Positions 56,344-64,000 of a stretch of DNA of 64,000 nucleotides are shown piece by piece. A program made the translations under genes and the position numbers. The stretch comes from Bugula neritina (taxonomy: Eukaryota > Animalia > Bryozoa), in the NCBI GenBank assembly GCA_964035545.1, contig OZ037765.1, forward strand, positions 2,852,001 through 2,916,000, written 5' to 3'. The notes beneath the pieces were generated by a model. The model was not told where the DNA came from. It made no database searches and saw only the letters and a program-made list of their open reading frames with translations. Position 1 is the stretch's first letter. Each line of letters begins with the position of its first letter.

Positions 56344-57303
56344 ATGGAGACTGAAAATGCTGGAACTCAACCACCGGCAATCGAAGGTGAGCGTAGAGAC
56401 AATGCTGTAGAGACAATGCCTGTTAACCATGTAGTAGAAGAGCGAAGGGTTCCGCGAGAACTAGCTGAATACCGCTACAGGTTAAAGGCGCCTACCTTCA
56501 CGGGTGAAGAGGAGGTGGAACAATTTATCCAAGAGTTTAGCGACGTAATGGACGTCGCTCAGTGGCCCCCTAGGGTGGCCCTGTTGAAGCTTAGAATGGC
56601 ATTGATGGACAAAGCCAAGCCCTATGGGCTGGGCGTAGACATTGATAATATCTTTGCTTCTCTGCGGGCCCGCTTTGGCCTCTCTGCTACAGATGCCAGG
56701 GCCCGATTGCAGAGGTTGCGGCGTGATCCCCGCACCCCGCTGCGGGAACATGCCGCCGCGGTCATAAAGCTGGCACAGATCGCGTACAGCGACTTGCCCC
56801 CAGTCAACCGCGAGAGGTACACCCTCGACGCTTTCATAGCATCTGTCGACGATCTGGGTCTCCACCACCAGTTTCTAGCTAGGGGAGTCACCACCGTTGA
56901 AGATGCTCTGACTGAGGGGGAAGCTTACCTCCTAGCTAACCAAATGCATAAAAGTCGCGGAAGCTCCCGCCAAGTGGAGATAGACCGCGCAGACACGGCC
57001 GCGGGACAAGGGGAGGAAACCCCCGCCGCGGCTGCCGTGTCCCAGTTGGCGACGGCATCAAAAGTCACTCAACTGACGGACATGCTAGCCAAGCTGATAG
57101 CAACACTGACACCACAAAACCCAGTGAGTACCGCCCCTGAGCCCATGCGGCCATCGGCGCCGCCACAGGGAGAAACAGTCAGTTTTTGCTGGGAGTGCGG
57201 AAATCAAGGACATTTCCGCCGATATTGTCCCTTCCTAAATCAGGGGTTAAACTACCGCGGCCCGCAGATGTTCCCACCTTCCGCGGGCCGACGAAACCTC
57301 TAG
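56344..57303 (+). CDS. gag: Gag with CCHC zinc knuckle
   Basis: 319-aa ORF; CWECGNQGHFRRYC. Confidence 0.92.
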   Translation: METENAGTQPPAIEGERRDNAVETMPVNHVVEERRVPRELAEYRYRLKAPTFTGEEEVEQFIQEFSDVMDVAQWPPRVALLKLRMALMDKAKPYGLGVDIDNIFASLRARFGLSATDARARLQRLRRDPRTPLREHAAAVIKLAQIAYSDLPPVNRERYTLDAFIASVDDLGLHHQFLARGVTTVEDALTEGEAYLLANQMHKSRGSSRQVEIDRADTAAGQGEETPAAAAVSQLATASKVTQLTDMLAKLIATLTPQNPVSTAPEPMRPSAPPQGETVSFCWECGNQGHFRRYCPFLNQGLNYRGPQMFPPSAGRRNL

Positions 57304-57307
57304 GGAA
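57246..57307 (+). other. -1 ribosomal frameshift signal (G_UUA_AAC plus stem-loop/pseudoknot)
   Basis: Heptamer in the gag frame, 5-nt spacer, stem CGGCCCGC/GCGGGCCG; pol lies in the -1 frame. Confidence 0.75.
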
Positions 57308-60300
57308 GAAGAAACGCAGGTCACCCAGACGGGTACCGCGTACTGGCAACCAACAGTGGCAACAGCCACAACGGACCAGCAAGGGGCTTCGCCCCGCGGC
57401 TGCCTTTTCTGTGCCCCTTCACAACAGATTCACAGGGCTACAAGTCCAAGAATCTGGATGGGAGCACACAAAGGTAGCTGAGAATCTAGCCTCGGCACCC
57501 CCGAGGCCTACCTATCACCGCCCCAAGAGACCTCCTTCGCGACCCAAAGCGAGGGAGGTACTCCCTGCGAGAGTAAGGCCGGAAGGGAAAGTTCAGGTGC
57601 AGCCCCATGGGAACAGCTATTTCTTGCCCGGTAAACTGGAAGGCAAAGCTGTTACTTTTCTCATTGATTCGGGCTGTACCACAAACCTCTTAAGCCGCCA
57701 ACTCTTCGACACCCTCAGTGCTAGGGTCAGGGGCGAGATGGAAGCATACGAAGGGGAATACGGCACCCTAGCTGACGGGTCATGCCTTCCCTTCTATGGT
57801 ATAATTGAGCTGACGGGACGAGTCCGCGATCAAACGATCCAAGAGACGTTTATCGTCAGTCAGCTCGAGGAGGATGCTATCCTCGGGATGCCGTTCCTTA
57901 AACGGCACGGATGTCACATAGATTTTAGCAGATCTGCAATGATGATGTCCGGGCGGGAACTCGCCTGCGTCGACAAGTTCGGCTGCCCTTTAGTGGGAGG
58001 TGTGCAAGTGGTACGCAACCGTACCATACCAGGCCGCTCCCGGGCTACCATTCACTGCAGGGTGAATAGTAGCCGGATCTCTGGACTCGGGGTGGTTGAA
58101 GGCGCGCACGAAAAGATCCAACTTGCCAGCAGTCTGAATCAGCTGACTGAGCAAGGGGAGATCTTAGTACAGTGCGTCAACCCCTTTACCGAGCCTATCA
58201 AGCTCCCGGCTGGGTCGATGCTGGGCCGTTTTCACTCTGTTCAAGAGGGAAACGTAGGCCCGTCGCTGGGTGATGCGACAGAGGCACTCCCTCGACACCC
58301 TATTCAGGGACGAGGGACAGTCCCAACACATCTCCGGGAGTTATACGAAACAGCCAGTGGCGGCTGCGCGAGTAACAGAGAGCGCCAGGCTATGGCCAAG
58401 TTACTACGCGACTACGGTGATGTGTTCAGCAGCGGAGAGCATGACGTGGGACTGACTGGAATTGTCAGACACGAAATACCGCTGACTGCAGGGACAGTCC
58501 CTGTCCGGCAGCCCACACGCAGGCTGGGGCCGGAAAAAGAGAAGGAGGTTAGCCGACAAGTACGGGATCTTCTGGACTGGGGACTGATAGAGCCCGCCCA
58601 TAGTGCGTGGAGCTCGCCAGTCGTACTGGTCCGGAAGAAAGACGGCAGTTGGCGGTTCTGTGTGGACTACCGCAAACTCAATAGCGTAACCATACAGGAC
58701 GCCTACCCTCTACCTCGTATTGACGAGTCATTGGACGCCCTAGCCGGCAGCAAGTACTTCAGTACGTTAGACTTGCTAAGCGGCTATTGGCAGGTTCCTC
58801 TGAGTCCCGACGCCCAGGAGAAAGCGGCGTTTATCACACGGGACGGTTTGTGGAAGTGGAAGGTGCTGCCCTTCGGGTTAACCTCCGCCCCAGCCACCTT
58901 CCAGAGGCTGATGGAACAAGTCCTTAGCGGACTCCATTGGAAGACACTGCTGGTCTACCTCGATGATGTCATCGTAATCTCTCCAGACTTCGAGACACAT
59001 GTCAGTCGTCTGCAGGAGGTTTTCGAGAGACTCCGAGGTGCCGGTCTTAAGCTCAAACCTTCCAAGTCTGTCTGTTGCAGCCGGAGGTCAAGTACCTGGG
59101 GCACGTTGTCGGTCGAAATGGCGTGGCAACGGATCCCGAAAAGGTACGGGCAGTAGAAGACTGGGTCACCCCCCAAGACTTGACCGGACTCCGGGCTTTC
59201 TTGGGGCTGGTAGGGTATTACAGGCAATACATACCAGACTTTGCGGGCATAGCCCAGCCTCTAAACCGGCTTACCGCAAAGGGAGTGACGTGGCAGTGGA
59301 CCCCAGTCGAACAAGAAGCGTTCGACCCCCTCAAGGGCTGCCTCCTAACGGCGCCCATCTTGGCCTACCCAGACCCCACTCTGGAGTACATCCTAGACAC
59401 GGACGCCAGTGACCAGAATGTTGGCGCTGTGCTGTCACAAGTGCAGGAAGGCCGAGAAGTAGTAGTAGCCTACTACAGCAAGTCTCTCTCTCCCGCTGAA
59501 CGAAATTACTGCACTACCCGCAAGGAACTGCTGGCAGTAATCAAGGCAGTGAAGCACTTCAGACCATACCTATATGGCAGGAAGTTCCGGCTGCGTACGG
59601 ATCATGCCTCGCTGATCTGGTTGTGCAGGAGAGCAGAGCCCTCTAGTCAGGTCGCCCGGTGGCTCGAAATCCTAGCTGAATTCTCGTACCGGATCGAACA
59701 TCGACCGGGCAAGAGACACAGCAATGCGGATGGTTTGAGTCGCCGACCTGACGGAGGTTGCAAACAGTGTCTCAACATCGAGAGGAGGGATGGAGGTCCC
59801 CCACGATGCGAGTTGGAGACGCTGGCTCATCACGGAGCACCGTTTGACTGGGATCAAGGTCAACTCAGGCAAAGAGTTGATGAGTCCCCGGAGGATGTAC
59901 AAAACCTCCGCGCCAACCCTGTACTGGCCGGTAATGTTCGAGAGCTGAAGAAGCTCCAAGCAGAGCTGCCGGGAGTCGTGGCAGACATATACCGGGCCAA
60001 AAGGGAAGGGCGACGACCCAGCGAAGAACGCATACGACAGGGATGCGCCGAGTTCCGGCTATACTGTCAGCGTTGGGACTCGCTGCGGATCGGGCAGGAT
60101 GGGTTGCTAACCATCTCTCTAGCTGCCAGCGGCAGACACCCGGAAAGGAAGAGGGTAGTCTGCCCCACAGCCATCCGCCGTGAGTTGATTTGGGATACTC
60201 ACAAGCAGGCCCACGCAGGGGTCAAGCGAGTGATATCCAAATTACGACTCCGGTGGTATTGGCCGCAGATGGAGCGTGACGTCCGGCTCAGAGTCAAACA

Positions 60301-61812
60301 GTGTGAGATCTGCCAGGCCAGTAAGCATAGCCGCCCCCCTGGTGAAGCAGGACGGCGGAGGCTATATGCTGGTAGGCCCTGGCAAGTAGTCGCTGTAGAC
60401 CTGGTCGGACCCATGCCCCTGACCCCCAGAGGCAATAATTGGATCCTAGTACTAACCGACCACTTTACTAGGTGGGCGGATGCTCTGGCTATCCCAGATG
60501 CATCAGCCCCAACAGTGGCCAGGGCACTAGACCAACATGTATTCTGTTATTTTGGGCTCCCCGAACAGATACACTCTGATCAAGGCGCTCAATTCCAGTC
60601 TCAACTGATGAGCGACCTTTGCCACCTCTGGGGAGTAAATCAGAGCAGGACCACCCCCTACCACCCTCAAGGTAACGGGGTGGTGGAGCGCAACAACCGG
60701 ATGCTAGGTGATGCGCTCCGGAGTCTCCTCCTTGGACGAGGTCAAGAGGAATGGGATACGGTGTTGCCGCAAGTCATGCGTGCATATCGTAGCACCCCAC
60801 ACACCAGTACTGGTGAGACCCCAAACCTCTTGATGCTCGGGAGAGAGACCCGTGTCCCTGACCATCTCACCTATCACGTTCCAGAGCAAGATAACTCGGT
60901 TCACGAGTATGCCAGTGAACTAGTGGAACGGATGAAGGCCGCACACGATATACTGCGTCAACAGCAGTGGAAGGTGCGGCACGAAGATTCCGATGCACCA
61001 CCCCTCTATCAAAGAGGAGATAAGGTGTGGATGGTCAATTACCGTAGGCGCCGCGGACAGGCTGATAAGCTGAAGCCTAAGTTCGTAGGCCCCTACGTGG
61101 TCGTCGAGGCTATGCCCAATCATACGTACAAGATTGAGCGCTCAGGACAGGTATCTATCCAGAATGAGTCTCGCTTGAAACCGTATTGGGCTAGCCCCGG
61201 CGGAGTGGGAGAAGCCCCCCCGTTGTTAGAGCCCAGGAGGCAGACAACAATGCGCGGGCGACGGCGGCATGGACCTGAATACGAAGTGGTCATACCGCGG
61301 GAAGAAAACTTGGTGAGAGAGGAGCGGCAGCTTCTACCAACAGAAGCGTGTCCGCCACCACCAAGTCTAATTCCATCACTTCCAGAAACCGAGCCGGTTC
61401 CGGAAGTGCAAACCCCCACGGAGGGAGGGGCTCCATCCGGAGAACAAGAAGAGGTGACCGCTGACGGTGAAGTAGAGACGCCATTAGAGGCCCCTACTAA
61501 CGAACCAGCAAGCGTGTCACCCCCCTAGGAAGGGGACAGCGTACGAGGCAACCCCCCGCATACTTGAAGGACTTCGTATGTGACTGCGTTAAAAGCGGCA
61601 CGCATGAAAGTCTAGGGGAAAGCCGTACGAGAAAAGAATCGAGCAAATGTGGGAGTTGTCAACACCACAGAAATATCAACTTTTACATCGGCGGAAATAG
61701 AAATAAAATTCATCCGCCGGGTGCACAAAGTCTTAATCACGCACCCCAACCACGTTGCTCGATCTTTTCATACGCCGATGCAGTCAGGAGTAGACGTGTT
61801 TCTAAGCAGTAG
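57246..61812 (+). CDS. pol: Pol (protease, RT, RNase H, integrase) interrupted by two apparent 1-nt deletions (~59068, ~61522)
   Basis: LIDSG, YLDD, DAS, HHCC, DDE core and GPY motif across ORFs 57186-59156, 59075-61528 and the frame of 61564-61812. Confidence 0.9.
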
Positions 61813-61836
61813 TTCAAACCATTTCACATATTCAGT

Positions 61837-62913
61837 ATGTCTTACGACAACAGATCGTGGGGTGAGTTAACTATATCTTAATACGAAACTAGATTGCATC
61901 GCTCAGCTCTGACTCACTGAGTCAAGCGAGCTGGAGATAGGTTAGTGAAATACCGTAGTAAGAACTCAGTTTGACTTAGAGATTTTTATAATCTCATTGC
62001 AATACGGTTCTATCTGACTATTCACTATCATTAATCTCTACGAGGTAACTGAATTAGGAGTTGCCAAGCTGTTCAAGCTGACAACACGGCAGTGTACTGT
62101 ACTAACACTGTTGAAACTTTTTCAGATTACACTCGACCCGCTACAACCAGGGTACGGGATAGAACACTTCCCGCTCCGTATCCGGAGGACCATGCTAGTG
62201 GTGACCGGCCTGAGCCACTACGCCGCCGTTGGCGGTGGGTGTCTCCACAAACCGAAGAAGAAATAGAAACAGCCTGGGGGTCCAGAGGACGGACGAGATG
62301 CCAGATCTGTGGTGAAGATTGCGCCTCTCACCGCTCCCTTAAACTACACGTCAATGCTCACCTCCTACTGACCTTCTGCCCCTGCGGGTACAATGATGTG
62401 TATCCCTACCCCGTCACCAGACACAGAGCGGCGGGCTGTTTCCCTGGAGAAAACTATGTGGTCGACGCTAAGCTGTACCCGGAGTTCCTCACATATATAC
62501 GACCTCTGGTAAAGAAGGCCATGCTATTAGCCGTTCTATCCTCGGGGTTCCAACGTGTGTTAGACAACGCCCGCCAACAATCCCCGTTGGTGTCTGACCG
62601 CCCTCAAATTACATACACCCCCGAGGAAACTACATATCCAGAAGAAGGAGAGATCTCCCCTACCCCGGCGAAGAGACGGACCAGGTCCCCCAGTCCACCC
62701 TTACGCCGCAGACGGACACCGTCCCCCGACCCGGTACGACTAGCCACAGTAGAAGAACGCCTCCTACGATTACAAGAAGAGTTCACCCAGCTGGCATCAG
62801 ACCTACTTAACACTACAACAGGACTCTTCCAGCTCAAGGGATCCGTATGCCGTATGAAACGGAAACTGCGTACATGCCAAGCCAAGCACCGGCGTGCCCA
62901 ACAAGGACTCTAG
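61837..62913 (+). CDS. Extra ORF3 inside the Gypsy element; spliced zinc-finger/RS-rich/coiled-coil protein (~270 aa)
   Basis: Exon 61837-61861 (MSYDNRSW-G|GTGAGT), intron with TACTAAC at 62100-62106 and TTTTTCAG, exon 62126-62913; phases match. CQICGEDCASHRSLKLHVNAH (C2H2). Confidence 0.7.
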
Positions 62914-63200
62914 TATGCTACCCAGAATACTCCGCAACTCTCCATTTGGTGAGGAACCAAACTCGTGCAAATGCTTAACTGCTAGACAGGTTAATCCTTG
63001 TCTACTACCACAGCTAGCTAGTATTCCTCGTCTATCTACAGCTGGCCAATTGTATGCAACGGATCGTTACCATGACTCTGTCTATTATTGTGTCTCTTCC
63101 TGTATATTATGTATTATTTTTGTCCACTGATGTATACAATTACTATTGAATGTTTTTTTTTATATATATCAGAAAGATAGCTTTCTGCTGGTGTGGGCGG

Positions 63201-63508
63201 TGTGGTGGTTCGTGGAACTACCAGCAGCACAACGTGTAGGGTCGCGTAATTGACCCGGAACAATGGATAGCCAATTAGCGTAGTTGATAGTTAGCAGCAA
63301 TTGTAGCTTCCCGCTGCTAACGCAGTCGAAGCTAGAGTGTGAAATAGATTAGATGTGTAACTTGTTGGAAATAATGTATCGTGTTTTTATAATGTATAGT
63401 TGTGTATAAAATATACTCGTTCACTCGACTTAGCCTGGTGCAGTTCTATATACTAGATAAATAGACTCTCTGGATAGCATATCAACCCTAAATCTGAAAA
63501 ATATAACA
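63201..63508 (+). repeat. 3' LTR
   Basis: Direct repeat of 56005-56312. Confidence 0.97.
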
Positions 63509-63861
63509 ATAGCACAACTAGTAGCTAATATAAATTGGGGGCGAAGTAGTTTTCTAGTTATAATGATCTTTGTTTAGTTTTTCAAATTCTATGTTCAGGT
63601 TTTTATATCTTGATTTATTTATAGAAAATTTTGATATAATTTGGAGCTCATTTATATTTGAATTCTTTGTTAACATAAAAAAATAATGATTTTAGTTTAG
63701 TCTGTCCATAAGCTCACTCTATCTATATCAGTTTATGACATTGATATTTACATGTTATAGTTTTTTTTACAGTTGTTGAACTACATAATTATTGTTTTGT
63801 ACTTTTCAATACAAATTTTGATTGCTAGTGTTGGTTGTAGATTTTTAGTTAGTGAAATATT

Positions 63862-64000
63862 ATGGAGTCAGGTGAAAGAGCCCCTCTGCTCCTTACCAGA
63901 ACAATTATTCAACCATCCACTCAGCACACACTGGCTTGTGCGGCAGTCATTGCAGCCAACCTATTAGAAAGACTTGCTTATTTCAGCATTGCTGGAAATT
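63862..64000 (+). CDS. Start of a second SLC15A4-like transporter (runs off the window)
   Basis: MESGERAPLLLTRTIIQPSTQHTLACAAVIAANLLERLAYFSIAGN: dileucine motif ERAPLL and TM1 xxxER.AY motif. Confidence 0.8.
   Translation, partial: MESGERAPLLLTRTIIQPSTQHTLACAAVIAANLLERLAYFSIAGN

Larger units (their letters stand above)
56005..63508 (+). mobile_element. Full-length, very young Ty3/Gypsy LTR retrotransposon (7504 bp)
   Basis: 308-bp LTRs, identical by eye, with TG...CA ends; TSD ATAG (56001-56004, 63509-63512); PBS; gag; PR-RT-RH-IN order. Confidence 0.97.

Noticed and set aside
62092-62913. env gene call for the third Gypsy ORF
   Set aside because: No signal peptide, fusion peptide or TM segment; features are those of a nuclear protein.
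63773-63967. 64-aa ORF from the track
   Set aside because: The overlapping frame starting at ATG 63862 carries the SLC15 motifs.

Overview
AT-rich, intron-containing animal (invertebrate-like) genomic DNA; the species cannot be determined from this window. The left two-thirds (1-41.4 kb, + strand) is a tandem array of four paralogous single-pass receptor units (A partial, B 5'-less, C and D complete), reconstructed by hand from GT-AG exons. The architecture is signal peptide - PAN/Apple - PAN/Apple - unnamed ~165-aa beta-rich domain - FN3-like - small beta domain - [FN3 + LAR-type RPTP membrane-proximal domain with furin site + stalk, OR a Sushi/CCP domain] - TM - a non-catalytic tail of variable-copy Tyr-motif repeats (YEEV/YEEM/YEKL/YENT). 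The copies differ in domain content, furin site, TM polar residue and tail repeat number, as in diversifying immune/recognition receptor families. The right part holds an 8-exon SLC15A4-like (POT) transporter and the start of a second paralog. Between them lies a very young full-length Ty3/Gypsy element (identical 308-bp LTRs, tRNA-Leu PBS) carrying an extra, apparently intron-containing zinc-finger ORF. Two degenerate related Gypsy elements, three solo LTRs, LINE fragments, tRNA-derived SINEs, a MITE and long microsatellites are also present. All domain calls are by eye; no HMM or BLAST was run.
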